Counted from the first letter of the stretch, positions 19,708-30,355 are shown. The stretch is DNA of 64,000 bases from Halioglobus sp. (GCA_020443345.1 JAGRIH010000021.1:45018-109017), one strand, 5' to 3'. Translations and numbers: made by a program. Notes: a model not told the origin generated them from the letters alone.

Positions 19708-20754
19708 TCAGATCGCCAGCCACGCCGGAATCGGCAGGTCGCGGTTTTCCAGAAACACCGGGTTGAACAACTTGCTCTGGTAGCGGTTGCCGTAGTCGCA
19801 CAGGATGGTGACGATGGTGTGCCCGGGGCCGAGCTGGCGCGCCAGGCGCACGGCGCCGGCGATGTTGATACCCGAGGAGCCGCCCAGGCACAGGCCCTCG
19901 TGTTCCAGCAGCGCGAACAGGTAGGGCAGGGCTTCGCGGTCGCTGATGTTGAACGAGACATCGACCTGCGCCTGCGCCACATTGTCGGTGACGTGGTTGA
20001 TGCCGATACCCTCGATGATTGAGCTGCCCGCGCTGGGCTGCAACTGGCCGCTGTTGAAGTACTCGTGCAGCGACGCGCCGCAGGGGTCGGCCAGACCGAT
20101 GGTAATCTGCGGCTTGCGCTCCTTCAGTGCATTGGACACGCCAGCCAGTGTGCCACCGGTGCCGACTGAGCAGATAAAGCCGTCCACCTCACCCTCGGTC
20201 TGTGCCCAGATCTCCGCGCCGGTGGTGCTTCTGTGGATCGCCATATTGGCCAGGTTGTCAAACTGGCGCGCCCAGACGACACCGTTTTCCTCCCGCTCGG
20301 CAAGTTTTTCCGCCAGCCGCTGCGCCGTGTGGATATAGTGATTGGGGTCGGAGTAGGAGGTGGCCGCCACCAGGTGCAGATCCGCGCCCAGCAGTTCCAG
20401 CGAGTCGATTTTTTCCCTGCTCTGGGTGATCGGCATGACCACCGAGCTCCGGTAGCCCAGCGCGTTGGCCAGCAGGGTCAGCCCGATACCGGTGTTGCCG
20501 GCGGTGCCCTCGACGATTCGTCCCCCGGGCCGCAGTTCGCCGGATTGCTCCGCGGCGCGAATGATACCCAGCGCGGTGCGGTCCTTGACTGAGCCGCCGG
20601 GATTGAGAAATTCCGCCTTGCCCAGGATGGTACAGCCGGTTTGTTCCGACACCTGCTTGAGCAGCAGCAGCGGTGTATTGCCAATCAGTTGGGTGACGTC
20701 CGAGGCGATCTGCACGCAGCATTTCTCCGCAACATTCCGTGCAGAGTATGCCAC
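19708..20754 (-). CDS. PLP-dependent cysteine synthase / CBS-like family protein
   Basis: LNPGGSVKDRTA (PLP lysine) and GTAGNTGIGL. The exact start is uncertain. Confidence 0.85.
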   Translation of the reverse strand: MAYSARNVAEKCCVQIASDVTQLIGNTPLLLLKQVSEQTGCTILGKAEFLNPGGSVKDRTALGIIRAAEQSGELRPGGRIVEGTAGNTGIGLTLLANALGYRSSVVMPITQSREKIDSLELLGADLHLVAATSYSDPNHYIHTAQRLAEKLAEREENGVVWARQFDNLANMAIHRSTTGAEIWAQTEGEVDGFICSVGTGGTLAGVSNALKERKPQITIGLADPCGASLHEYFNSGQLQPSAGSSIIEGIGINHVTDNVAQAQVDVSFNISDREALPYLFALLEHEGLCLGGSSGINIAGAVRLARQLGPGHTIVTILCDYGNRYQSKLFNPVFLENRDLPIPAWLAI

Positions 20755-20977
20755 AGCGCACCGCGTCGGTCAGGGTTTTGTCGCGCCATAGCGCCGTTGC
20801 ACGCGGACGCTGAGCGCCAGCAGGCTGATGACAAACAGTGCAGACAGTAGGGGCTCGGGGGTCGCCTGCAGCCACCGCCCCACCAGCGCCGTGACCGCGG
20901 CCGACAGGGTGTGTTCTTGTGCAGGTATGAGCTGTGCACTGAGCCCTAATGTTGAGCCTTTGAGTGGTAGTAAGCGC

Positions 20978-21466
20978 TTACAAAATGCTTTGGTCGGAGA
21001 GGTGCTCCAGGGGCAGTTCGGTGCGCTGGACCACCTGGCGCAGCTCGAAACTGGAGTGCACGCCGGTGACGCCCGCAATGCGCGTCAGCTTGCCCAGCAG
21101 GAAGCGCTCATAGTACTCCATATCGGGCACCACGGCCCGCAGGAGATAGTCGGCGGACTGCCCGGTGACGACGGCACAGGCCATGACCTCGGGGTAGGCG
21201 GATACCTCGGCCTCGAAGGCCTCGAAGCGATCGGGCGTATGGCGGTCCATGGTGATGCCGATGTGGGCGGTCAACTTCAGCCCCAGCATCGACTGGTTGA
21301 GCAGGGTGACATGGCCGCGGATGAGGCCGGACTCCTCCAGGCGCTTTACCCGTCGCGAGCAGGGCGTGGGCGACAGCCCGACCAGTTCCGCCAGTTCCAG
21401 GTTGCTGATGCGGCCATTGCTCTGCATGGCCCGCAGGATTCTGCGGTCGGTACGGTCCAGTTTCAT
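20978..21466 (-). CDS. Lrp/AsnC-family transcriptional regulator
   Basis: MKLDRTDRRILRAMQSNGRISNLELAELVGLSPTPCSRRVKRLEESGLI plus a RAM domain. Start trimmed to ATG 21466. Confidence 0.9.
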   Translation of the reverse strand: MKLDRTDRRILRAMQSNGRISNLELAELVGLSPTPCSRRVKRLEESGLIRGHVTLLNQSMLGLKLTAHIGITMDRHTPDRFEAFEAEVSAYPEVMACAVVTGQSADYLLRAVVPDMEYYERFLLGKLTRIAGVTGVHSSFELRQVVQRTELPLEHLSDQSIL

Positions 21467-21757
21467 GTATCTCGGGCTGTAGAAGCCAATCAAATCCAAC
21501 ATGGAAGAGAATATCACTAAAGGAGCGCGATATTATAGTGAATTATATCGAAAAGGCGTAAAAAACCACTGATATTTGCAATCAATCCCTCAGTGCGCCC
21601 GCCTATACTGTGCACGTGGCTGACACAGCACCTGCTGTCGCAGTCGCCCGCGGCTTACCCCGTCGCCGGCGGCTCGCACACGATCTCACGAGGGTCAGTG
21701 CCCCGGAGTATCCGGGCAGGTGTGCAGCCTTTAAATCCACCTTTAAGGTACACGGTT

Positions 21758-23431
21758 ATGAACAGCTTCGATCACCGCAAGTACAAGTCCTTCCAGCCCA
21801 TCGCGATGCCGCACCGGCGCTGGCCGGAGCGCACCATTGCGGCGGCCCCGCGCTGGTGCAGCGTGGATCTGCGCGATGGCAACCAGGCGCTGATCGAGCC
21901 CATGACCACGCGCCAGAAGTCGCGCCTGTGGGACCTGCTGGTCAAGATCGGCTTCAAGGAAATAGAGGTGGGCTTTCCCTCCGCGTCCGGACACGATTAC
22001 GACTTCGTGCGCGAACTGATCGATAACGACCGTATCCCGGATGACGTCACCGTGCAGGTGCTCACCCAGGCCCGCCCCGATTTGATTCAACGCACCTTCG
22101 AGGCCCTGAAGGGCGCGCGCCGGGCAATCGTGCACGTCTACAATTCCACCTCCACTGTACAGCGCGAGCAGGTCTTCGGGCTGGACCGGCAGGGCATCAT
22201 CGATATCGCCGTGAAAGGCGCGCAACTGGTGCGGGAGGGCGCGGCGCGCTACCCGCAGACCGAGTGGGTGTTCGAGTACTCGCCGGAGAGCTTTACCGGC
22301 ACCGAGCCGGATTTTGCCGTGGAAGTGTGCGATGCGGTGACCGCGGTGTGGCAGCCCACCCCGGAGCGCCCGGTGATTATCAATCTGCCCGCCACCGTGG
22401 AGATGAGCACGCCGAACGTCTACGCGGATCAGATCGAATGGTTCTGCGACCATGTGGCCAACCGCGACAGCCTGCTGATCTCCCTGCATACGCACAACGA
22501 TCGCGGCTGCGCCGTGGCCGCCGCCGAGCTGGGCGTACTGGCCGGCGCCGACCGCGTGGAGGGCACCTTGCTGGGCAACGGTGAGCGCACCGGCAACATG
22601 GACATCATCACCATGGCCATGAATCTCTACAGCCAGGGGGTGGACCCGCAGCTGCAACTGGGCCAGATGGACGAAATCATCCGCACCGCCCGGGAGTGCA
22701 CCCAGCTGCCGGTGCACCCGCGCCACCCCTACGCCGGCGAGCTGGTGTTCACTGCATTTTCCGGCAGCCATCAGGACGCCATCAAGAAGTGCCTGGCCCG
22801 GCGCGACGATCGCGCGCCCTGGGAGGTCGCCTATCTGCCGATCGATCCCGCGGATATCGGGCGCTCCTACCAGGAGGTGATCCGCATCAACAGCCAGTCC
22901 GGCAAGGGCGGTATCGCCTATGTGTTGGAGAGCAACTACGGTCTGCAGCTACCGCGCTGGTTGCAGATTGATTTCAGCGCCGCGGTGCAGGCCTTTGCCG
23001 AAGCGCGCGAGTCCGAGGTGGGTGCCGAGGAGATCTACCGGTTGTTTCAGGAGACCTACTGTGCAACCGACGGCTGCTGGAGTCTGGGCAACTACCAGGT
23101 GAGCAGGGAAGACAAAGTCGACAAACTGCAGGTGGAGGTGTTGCGCGGCGGCTCCAGCGTCGAGCTGTCCGGCACCGGCAATGGTGTCGTGGCGTCTTTC
23201 GTCGACGCCATGCAGCGTTGCACCGGCAAGCACATCGTGCTGGTGGAATACAGCGAGCACGCGCTGAGCCACAGCGCCGACGCCGAGGCGATTTGCTACA
23301 TCCAGCTTAACATCGACGGCGAGCGCTACTGCGGTGTGGGCCGCAGCCACGATATCATCCAGGCCTCCCTGGACGGCATCCTCGGCGCCATCAACCAGGC
23401 GGCGCGCAAAGCGCAGGGCGTCGCCGCCTGA
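21758..23431 (+). CDS. leuA: 2-isopropylmalate synthase (long form)
   Basis: WCSVDLRDGNQAL, HTHNDRGCAVAAAELGVLAGADRVEGTLLGNGERTGN. Start set at ATG 21758 (MNSFDHRKYK...). Confidence 0.93.
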   Translation: MNSFDHRKYKSFQPIAMPHRRWPERTIAAAPRWCSVDLRDGNQALIEPMTTRQKSRLWDLLVKIGFKEIEVGFPSASGHDYDFVRELIDNDRIPDDVTVQVLTQARPDLIQRTFEALKGARRAIVHVYNSTSTVQREQVFGLDRQGIIDIAVKGAQLVREGAARYPQTEWVFEYSPESFTGTEPDFAVEVCDAVTAVWQPTPERPVIINLPATVEMSTPNVYADQIEWFCDHVANRDSLLISLHTHNDRGCAVAAAELGVLAGADRVEGTLLGNGERTGNMDIITMAMNLYSQGVDPQLQLGQMDEIIRTARECTQLPVHPRHPYAGELVFTAFSGSHQDAIKKCLARRDDRAPWEVAYLPIDPADIGRSYQEVIRINSQSGKGGIAYVLESNYGLQLPRWLQIDFSAAVQAFAEARESEVGAEEIYRLFQETYCATDGCWSLGNYQVSREDKVDKLQVEVLRGGSSVELSGTGNGVVASFVDAMQRCTGKHIVLVEYSEHALSHSADAEAICYIQLNIDGERYCGVGRSHDIIQASLDGILGAINQAARKAQGVAA

Positions 23432-23442
23432 GGCGCCGCCAG

Positions 23443-25287
23443 CTAATCCAGTAGCGACAGATCCCGCACCGCGCCCTTGTCCGCGCTGGTCGCCATTTTG
23501 GCATAGACTTTGAGCGCGGCGCTGATCTGACGCGGCCGCGCCTCGCGCGGCCGCCAGGCGGCGTCGCCCCGGGCTTCCATGGCCCTGCGTCGCGCGGCCA
23601 GCTCCGCGTCGCTCAGGGCCACGTCAATGGTGCGGGCCGGGATGTCGATATTGATGATATCGCCGTCTTCGACCAGGGCGATAGCGCCGCCGGCAGCCGC
23701 CTCCGGCGAGGCGTGGCCGATGGACAGGCCCGAGGTGCCGCCGGAGAAGCGGCCATCGGTGAGCAGCGCGCAGGCCTTGCCCAGCCCCCTGGACTTGATA
23801 TAGCTGGTGGGATACAGCATTTCCTGCATGCCCGGCCCCCCGCGCGGCCCCTCGTAGCGCACGATCACCACGTCGCCCGGCGCGACGCGGCCCTCGAGGA
23901 TGTCATCCACGGCCGCCTCCTGGCTTTCGCAGATGTGCGCGGGGCCGGAAAAGATCAGGATACTGTCGTCCACGCCGGAGGTCTTCACCACGCAGCCGTC
24001 CCGGGCGATGTTACCGAACAGCACCGCCAGGCCGCCCTCGCGGGAATAGGCGTGCGCCAGGCTGCGGATGCAGCCGCCGGCGCGATCGACATCCAGGCTG
24101 GGCCAGCGGGTGTCCTGACTGAAGGCGCTCTGGGAGGGGATACCCGCGGGGCCGGCGCGGTAAAAGGTGTGCACATCCGGGTCCTGACTGCGCACGATAT
24201 CCCAGCTTAGCAGCGCCTGGCTCATACTGGCGCTGTGCACGGTGGGGCAGTCGCCGTGCAGCAGTCCGGCGCGCTCCAGTTCACCCAGAATGCCCATGAT
24301 GCCGCCGGCGCGGTGCACGTCTTCCATGTGGTAGTCGGGTGTGTTGGGTGCGACCTTGCACAATTGCGGTACCTGGCGCGACAGGCGGTCGATATCGGCC
24401 AGGGTAAAGTCCAGTTCGGCTTCCTGCGCGGCGGCGAGCAGGTGCAGGATGGTGTTGGTGGAGCCGCCCATGGCAATATCCAGGGTCATGGCGTTTTCAA
24501 ACGCTGCAAAGCTGCCGATGCTGCGCGGCAGCACCGAGGCGTCGTCCCCGTCGTAGTAGCGCTTGCACAGCTCCACGATCAGGCGGCCGGCGCGCAGGAA
24601 CAGTTGCTCGCGGTCGGCGTGGGTGGCCAGCATCGAGCCGTTGCCCGGCAGAGACAGACCCAGAGCCTCGGTCAGGCAGTTCATGGAATTGGCGGTAAAC
24701 ATACCGGAGCAGGAACCGCAGGTGGGGCAGGCGGAGCGCTCGTACTCGTCCACCTGCTCATCAGTGGCGGCGTCGTCCACGGCGATCACCATGGCGTCGA
24801 CCAGGTCCAGCTTGTGTTCGGACAAGCGGGTTTTGCCCGCTTCCATCGGGCCGCCCGATACAAACACCGCGGGAATGTTCAGGCGCATGGCGGCGTTGAG
24901 CATTCCCGGGGTGATCTTGTCGCAGTTGGATATACACACCATGGCGTCGGCGCAGTGCGCGTTGACCATGTATTCGACGGAGTCGCAGATGATGTCGCGC
25001 GAGGGCAGGCTGTACAGCATGCCGTCGTGTCCCATGGCGATGCCGTCGTCCACCGCGATGGTGTTGAACTCCTTGGCCACGCCCCCGGCGGCCTCGATCT
25101 CGCGCGCCACCAGTTGCCCCAGATCCTTCAGGTGCACGTGGCCGGGCACAAACTGGGTGAACGAATTCACTACCGCTATGATGGGCTTCTGGAAGTCCTC
25201 ATCACGCATGCCGGTGGCGCGCCACAGGGCGCGGGCACCGGCCATGTTGCGGCCGTGGGTGGAGGTTTTCGAGCGATACTCTGGCAT
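23443..25287 (-). CDS. ilvD: dihydroxy-acid dehydratase
   Basis: [26 protein letters not shown]..., [24 protein letters not shown]. Start trimmed to ATG 25287. Confidence 0.97.
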   Translation of the reverse strand: MPEYRSKTSTHGRNMAGARALWRATGMRDEDFQKPIIAVVNSFTQFVPGHVHLKDLGQLVAREIEAAGGVAKEFNTIAVDDGIAMGHDGMLYSLPSRDIICDSVEYMVNAHCADAMVCISNCDKITPGMLNAAMRLNIPAVFVSGGPMEAGKTRLSEHKLDLVDAMVIAVDDAATDEQVDEYERSACPTCGSCSGMFTANSMNCLTEALGLSLPGNGSMLATHADREQLFLRAGRLIVELCKRYYDGDDASVLPRSIGSFAAFENAMTLDIAMGGSTNTILHLLAAAQEAELDFTLADIDRLSRQVPQLCKVAPNTPDYHMEDVHRAGGIMGILGELERAGLLHGDCPTVHSASMSQALLSWDIVRSQDPDVHTFYRAGPAGIPSQSAFSQDTRWPSLDVDRAGGCIRSLAHAYSREGGLAVLFGNIARDGCVVKTSGVDDSILIFSGPAHICESQEAAVDDILEGRVAPGDVVIVRYEGPRGGPGMQEMLYPTSYIKSRGLGKACALLTDGRFSGGTSGLSIGHASPEAAAGGAIALVEDGDIINIDIPARTIDVALSDAELAARRRAMEARGDAAWRPREARPRQISAALKVYAKMATSADKGAVRDLSLLD

Positions 25288-25514
25288 GGCGGGTGTCCGT
25301 GTCCTGGCGGCGGAAAAAGCGGGAGCGCAGCATAGCAAATTTTGGGCTGCTTTTGATGCTGTAATCGCCTGTGGGAGCCTGGCGAACTCGTCATTGCGAC
25401 GGGCCGCCGGTGGTTTGAGCAAGCGGCTCCGGCCGGAGTCTTAATTCCGGTAATTGGGTCGGACACTGTTTCCATTGATCAATCGATGGAATAGCGCGCT
25501 GGATGCAGGAAGAA

Positions 25515-25591
25515 GGGTTCGGGCGGCAGGGCTGCGATTCGTCAGCGAGTATCGGGGAAGCGGGCGAATCGCAGCCCTGCCGACCGAACCC
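25515..25591. repeat. REP-like long hairpin
   Basis: 27-nt arms (25515-25541 and 25565-25591) are complementary with one mismatch. The loop is 23 nt. Lies in the ilvD-argA intergenic region. Confidence 0.85.
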
Positions 25592-25680
25592 GCCACCCCA
25601 GCGAGATTCCGTAACGACGAGGCTGCTTGTAGGCGCGTCGCCGAGTGGAACTGAATGGAGCAGACGGCACTTCTGCAGCC

Positions 25681-26985
25681 CTACAGCGGCTTGAAAAACA
25701 CCTTGGAGTTGCGCTGCAGGTTGTACAGCGATTGCTTCGGCTGCGGCAGCGCATCGCGCGGAGCCTCGGCAAAGCCCTGCTCGAGAAACCAGTGCGCGGT
25801 CTGCGTGGTCAGCACGAACACCCGGTCCAGCCCCTGGCGGCGGGCCTCGTGCTCCAGTTCCCGCAGCAGGCGCTGTCCGCGCCGGCCGCCGCGATAGTCG
25901 GGGTGGGTCACGATGCAGGCAATTTCGCCGCAGTGCTCCTGCGGGAACGGATACAGTGCGGCGCAGGCCACGATGCGCCCGTCCCGTTCCAGCAGGCGAA
26001 ACTGGCGTATTTCAGTTTCCAGCAGCTCGCGGGAGCGTTTCAGCAGTACACCCTGTTGCTCCAGTGGCTGAATCAGTTCCAGGATGCCGCCCACATCGTC
26101 TATATCGGCCTGGCGCGAGCGCTCGTAGTCGTCGCTGGTCACCAGGGTGCCGCTGCCGTCGTGGGTGAACAACTCCTCGAGCAGTGCACAATCGTCCCTG
26201 TAACTGATGATGTGGCTGCGCGGCACGCCCGCCTGGCAGGCCCGGCTGGCCGTGTTCAGCAGGGCCGCCTGTTCCGCATCGGGCACCTGCAAGCGGCCGA
26301 TATCGCCCAGCATGCACTGGCGTATGAGCTCGCCGTCCGGGCCCGCAATGCCGGGCGCCGCGCTGAACATTATCAGTTTGTCGGCGCCGATGGCAGCGGC
26401 GCAGTGCACCGCGATATCTTCCAGTCCCAGGTTGAAAATCTCGCCCGTGGGCGAGTAGCCCAATGGCGGCAACAGCACGATCGAGCCCTGCTCCAGTTGC
26501 ATGCGGATGCCGTCCACATCGATGCGCCGCACCTTGCCGGTGTGCTGGAAATCCACACCGTCGACCACGCCCAGGGGCCTGGCAGTGACGAAATTTCCCG
26601 AGCACACGCGTATGCGCGAGCCCTGCATGGGCGAGTTCGGCAGGCCCATGGACAGCAGCGCCTCGATCTGGGCGCGCAGTGAGCCGGCGGCGTCCTTGAC
26701 CCGCTCGATGCCCTCGGCATCGGTGATGCGCATGCCATCGTGGAAGGCGCTGTGCAGTCCGTCGCGGTGCAGGCGCTCGTCGATCTGGGTGCGCAAGCCG
26801 TGCAGCAGCACCAGGCGCACACCGAGGCTGTTGAGCAGGGCGATATCGTGGATAACACTGGGAAAGTTCTCGTGTAGCGCCACGGCGCCCCCCAGCATCA
26901 GCACGAAGGTCTTGCCCCGGTGCGCGTTGATATAGGGCGCGGTGTTTCTGAACCAGCGTATGTGGGACCGTCCCGGTGTTGTCAC
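25681..26985 (-). CDS. argA: amino-acid N-acetyltransferase (N-acetylglutamate synthase)
   Basis: FRNTAPYINAHRGKTFVLMLGG kinase-like domain plus a C-terminal GNAT domain (...HPDYRGGRRGQRLL). Confidence 0.92.
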   Translation of the reverse strand: MTTPGRSHIRWFRNTAPYINAHRGKTFVLMLGGAVALHENFPSVIHDIALLNSLGVRLVLLHGLRTQIDERLHRDGLHSAFHDGMRITDAEGIERVKDAAGSLRAQIEALLSMGLPNSPMQGSRIRVCSGNFVTARPLGVVDGVDFQHTGKVRRIDVDGIRMQLEQGSIVLLPPLGYSPTGEIFNLGLEDIAVHCAAAIGADKLIMFSAAPGIAGPDGELIRQCMLGDIGRLQVPDAEQAALLNTASRACQAGVPRSHIISYRDDCALLEELFTHDGSGTLVTSDDYERSRQADIDDVGGILELIQPLEQQGVLLKRSRELLETEIRQFRLLERDGRIVACAALYPFPQEHCGEIACIVTHPDYRGGRRGQRLLRELEHEARRQGLDRVFVLTTQTAHWFLEQGFAEAPRDALPQPKQSLYNLQRNSKVFFKPL

Positions 26986-27048
26986 ACTGATATCCAGGCT
27001 GTTGATAAACAGGCAATTCTGTAGATTACCGAACGCGGCGCGAATTAC

Positions 27049-28236
27049 CTAATGGGAATTTTGCACAGCGCGGTGCCGATCCTGCGGCAGGCAGTAGTGC
27101 GCGATGCACTGCCGCAACAGGGACACGCAGGGTTTGATCTGCTCCATCTCCAGGTATTCGTCGGGCTGGTGGGCACGATCGATCGAGCCGGGGCCCATGA
27201 CAATGGTCTCCATGCCCAGCGCCTGCAGGAACGGCGCTTCGGTGGCAAAGGCAACGGCCTCGGCGCTGTGTCCGGTGAGGCGCTCGGCCACGCGCACCAG
27301 GGCGCTGTCGGTGCTCTGTTCGAAGGGCGCCACGCTTTCCACCAGGGGGTGCAGTGCGATGTCCAGGCCGCTCCGCCGGCCGCTAGCTGCCAGGCGCTGC
27401 TCAATCTCGCCCACGACGCTGGCGTTGTCGACGCCGGGCACCATGCGCAGATCGAAGTGCAGTTCGGCCCGTGCGCAGATGCGGTTGGGACTGTCGCCGC
27501 CGTGCAGGCAGCCCAGGTTGAGGGTGGGGTAGGGGATCTTGAAGAAGGCATTGTGATAGCGCTGTTGCAGCTCCCGGCGAAACTCGAGCAGCTCGCCCAT
27601 CACCGCGTACATGCCCTCCAGCGCGCTGTTGCCCAGCGTGGGATCGGATGAGTGCCCTGCCTGTCCGGTAACCCGCACCGCCTCCATCACGATGCCCTTG
27701 TGCATGCGCACCGGCACCAGCGAGGTGGGTTCACCGATAATGGCGGCTCGCGCCCGCGGGCGGCCGGCGGCGACCAGGGCGCGGGCGCCGTTCATGGAGC
27801 TCTCCTCGTCAGCCGTGGCCAGGATGATCAGCGGCTGCTGCAGGGGCCTGTCGACAAATGCGCCGGCGGCGGCGATGGCCAGCGGGAAAAATCCCTTCAT
27901 GTCCGTACTGCCCAGCCCGTACAGCCGGTTGTCGCGTTCGACAAGCTGCAGCGGGTCGCTCCGCCAGCGGCCCTCATCGAAGGGCACGGTGTCGGTGTGC
28001 CCCGCCAGAACCAGTCCGCCGGGCCCGCTGCCGAGCGTGGCGATCAGGTTGGCCTTGCTGCCATCGGGCGCCACGTGCTGTATCTCGGTGGCAAAGCCCA
28101 GCTCCCCGAGCCAGGTGGCGAGCAGGTCGATCACCGCCCGGTTGCCCTGGTCCCAACCGGGGTCAGTGGAACTCACCGAGGGCGTGCTCACCAGGGCGCC
28201 CAACTGTTGCAGGATGACTTGTTCAGAATACGGCAT
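27049..28236 (-). CDS. argE: acetylornithine deacetylase
   Basis: M20 peptidase motifs LAGHTDTVP and ATADEESS. Start trimmed to ATG 28236. Lies directly upstream of argA. Confidence 0.9.
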   Translation of the reverse strand: MPYSEQVILQQLGALVSTPSVSSTDPGWDQGNRAVIDLLATWLGELGFATEIQHVAPDGSKANLIATLGSGPGGLVLAGHTDTVPFDEGRWRSDPLQLVERDNRLYGLGSTDMKGFFPLAIAAAGAFVDRPLQQPLIILATADEESSMNGARALVAAGRPRARAAIIGEPTSLVPVRMHKGIVMEAVRVTGQAGHSSDPTLGNSALEGMYAVMGELLEFRRELQQRYHNAFFKIPYPTLNLGCLHGGDSPNRICARAELHFDLRMVPGVDNASVVGEIEQRLAASGRRSGLDIALHPLVESVAPFEQSTDSALVRVAERLTGHSAEAVAFATEAPFLQALGMETIVMGPGSIDRAHQPDEYLEMEQIKPCVSLLRQCIAHYCLPQDRHRAVQNSH

Positions 28237-28455
28237 GCCGCCACCGCCGGTGGTGAATGGGAAACTCAGAGACCGCGGCGGTGCGCACCGCGGTACGCTG
28301 TACAGTCTAGACAAGCCCTGTCGCGCCGCCAAGTGCGCTGGCCGCGACAGGTTTCTCGGGGTCCGGCGGTTCTTCCACCGCGGCAGCGGCTGCAAACCGG
28401 CGAGCGAGCGTGCTAGCCTTGTTGTCCCAGTCCGCCGCAGTACCCCCGGAGCCCA

Positions 28456-29056
28456 TATGGCAGCGCGTATCGATGGCCGCAAAATCCTGCCGCGCGCGTT
28501 CTTTCGGCGCGATTCGCGCGCCGTCGCCCCGGCGCTGCTGAACAAAATTCTGGTCGGTGCGGACGGGCGCAGCGGGCGCATCGTGGAGACGGAGGCGTAC
28601 TGCGGCGCCATCGATCCGGCGGCGCACACCTACCGCGGCAAGACCGCCCGCAATGCAACGATGTTCGGACCGCCCGGTAAAATGTACGTGTATTTCACCT
28701 ATGGCATGCACTGGTGCTGTAACACGGTATGTGGTGAGGAGGGCGAGGGCATCGGCGTGCTGCTGCGCGCGCTGGCGCCGCTTAGCGGGCTCGAGATAAT
28801 GCGCGCGCACCGCCCCAAAGCGCGTCGCGACCGGGAGCTGTGCAGCGGTCCCGCGCGCCTGACCCAGGCGATGGGCATCAGCGGCGTGCACGATGGCATC
28901 GACCTGGTGGCGGGCGATGGCGGATTTTGCATCGTGGACGACGGCACACCGCCGCCGCGCAATCCGGTGGCGAGCGGACGCATCGGCGTCAGCCGCGCGG
29001 CCGAAGCGCCCTGGCGCTGGTACGTGCCCGGCGACACCAACGTCTCGCGGCGGTGA
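28456..29056 (+). CDS. mpg: DNA-3-methyladenine glycosylase (AAG/Mpg family)
   Basis: GRIVETEAYCG..DPAAHTYRGKTARNATMFGPPGKMYVYFTYGMHWCCN. Only the last 200 codons of ORF 27611..29056 are coding; the upstream part is antisense to argE. Confidence 0.88.
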
Positions 29057-29061
29057 GAGAC

Positions 29062-30342
29062 CTAAAAACTGAAAGCAGTCTTGAAGATAAAGAAAAACAC
29101 AATCGCCAGGCCGGCGCCCGCCGGCAGGGTGATGATCCACGACACGAATATCTGGCCAACGGTGCGCAGATTCAGGGCGCCGATACCGCGGGCAAAGCCG
29201 ACGCCGAGCACCGCGCCGACCAGGGTATGGGTGGTCGAAATGGGTAGTCCGGTGGCGGAGGCCACGACCACCGTGCCGGCGGCGCCCAGTTCTGCGGCGA
29301 AGCCGCGGCTGGGAGTGAGCTCGGTGATCTTGCGTCCCACCGTCACGATAACGCGCCAGCCGTAGGTCGCCAGTCCCGCCACGATGCCCAGCCCGCCGAC
29401 CAGCAGGATCCACCACGGCATGGCGGCAGTGGCCGCGATGGCGCCGCCGGAGCGCACCGTACTGACCACCGCGGCCAGTGGCCCCACCGCGTTGGCCACG
29501 TCGTTGGAGCCGTGCGCGAAGGCCATGGAGCAGGCGGTAAAGATCATGAGAATGGCAAACACCCGCTCGACACTGCCAAAGCGGTTCATCTTGTCCGGTA
29601 CTTCCTTTACGCGGCGCAGCAGCAGCGCACCAAAACCCGCCACCAGCAGTCCGATCACCGCGGAGAAAAGCAGGGCGTTGGCAAACCGGCTGCCCAGTCC
29701 CAGGTCCAGGTCCAGGCCGATGTGCTTGAGACCCTTGAGCAGCGTTACCATCGAGATCATAAAGCCCACCATCCACATGTACACCGGGATGAAGCGCTTG
29801 GCGCGGCCGAAGGGGTCGTCGGTGTCCAGGATCAGGTGTTTTACGCTCATGAACAGGCCGAACGAAATGGTGCCGGCCAGCACCGGGGAGGTCACCCAAC
29901 TGGCCACGATCCCGCCCACCTTGCTCCAGTAGATCGCGTCGACGGAGATGCCCACGGCGGCGAAGCCGACGATGGAGCCGACGATGGAGTGCGTGGTGGA
30001 GACCGGCCAGCCGTTGAAGCTGGCGATCAGCAGCCAGGTGCCGGCGGCCAGCAGAGCGGACAGCATGCCGTAGATCATCAACTCGGGGTGATCGGCCATC
30101 ACCTGCGCATCGATAATGCCCTGGCGAATGGTGGCGGTCACCTCGCCGCCGGCGAGGTAGGCGCCGAGAAATTCAAATACGACAGCCACCCCGATCGCCT
30201 GGGAGATGGTCAGCGCGCGCGATCCCACCGACGTACCCATGGCGTTGGCGACGTCATTGGCGCCGATGCCCCAGGCCATGAAAAATCCGAACAGGCAGGC
30301 CAGCACAATGAACACGCCGCCGTATTGCGCGATTATCTCCAT
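29062..30342 (-). CDS. pit: inorganic phosphate transporter, PiT family
   Basis: Duplicated GANDVANA / GSNDVANA signatures and a multi-TM pattern. Start trimmed to ATG 30342. Confidence 0.93.
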   Translation of the reverse strand: MEIIAQYGGVFIVLACLFGFFMAWGIGANDVANAMGTSVGSRALTISQAIGVAVVFEFLGAYLAGGEVTATIRQGIIDAQVMADHPELMIYGMLSALLAAGTWLLIASFNGWPVSTTHSIVGSIVGFAAVGISVDAIYWSKVGGIVASWVTSPVLAGTISFGLFMSVKHLILDTDDPFGRAKRFIPVYMWMVGFMISMVTLLKGLKHIGLDLDLGLGSRFANALLFSAVIGLLVAGFGALLLRRVKEVPDKMNRFGSVERVFAILMIFTACSMAFAHGSNDVANAVGPLAAVVSTVRSGGAIAATAAMPWWILLVGGLGIVAGLATYGWRVIVTVGRKITELTPSRGFAAELGAAGTVVVASATGLPISTTHTLVGAVLGVGFARGIGALNLRTVGQIFVSWIITLPAGAGLAIVFFFIFKTAFSF

Positions 30343-30355
30343 CGGGTTTTCCTTG

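Noticed and set aside
21593-21757. Long N-terminal extensions given in the ORF track for leuA, ilvD (to 25422), argE (to 28629), rfbA (to 57847), pit (to 30471), engB (to 13288) and the amine oxidase (to 17905)
   Set aside because: The family-conserved N-termini begin at internal ATGs. The extensions are Arg/Pro/Ala-rich and overlap upstream intergenic or neighbouring gene sequence.
27611-28455. N-terminal 280 codons of the 481-aa + ORF 27611..29056
   Set aside because: This portion is antisense to argE and has no glycosylase similarity. The recognisable Mpg protein starts at ATG 28456.
28307-29899. 530-aa minus-strand ORF spanning mpg and pit
   Set aside because: It overlaps two well-supported genes (the Mpg glycosylase on + and PiT on - in another frame). 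Its sequence is Arg/Gly/His-rich with no motif.
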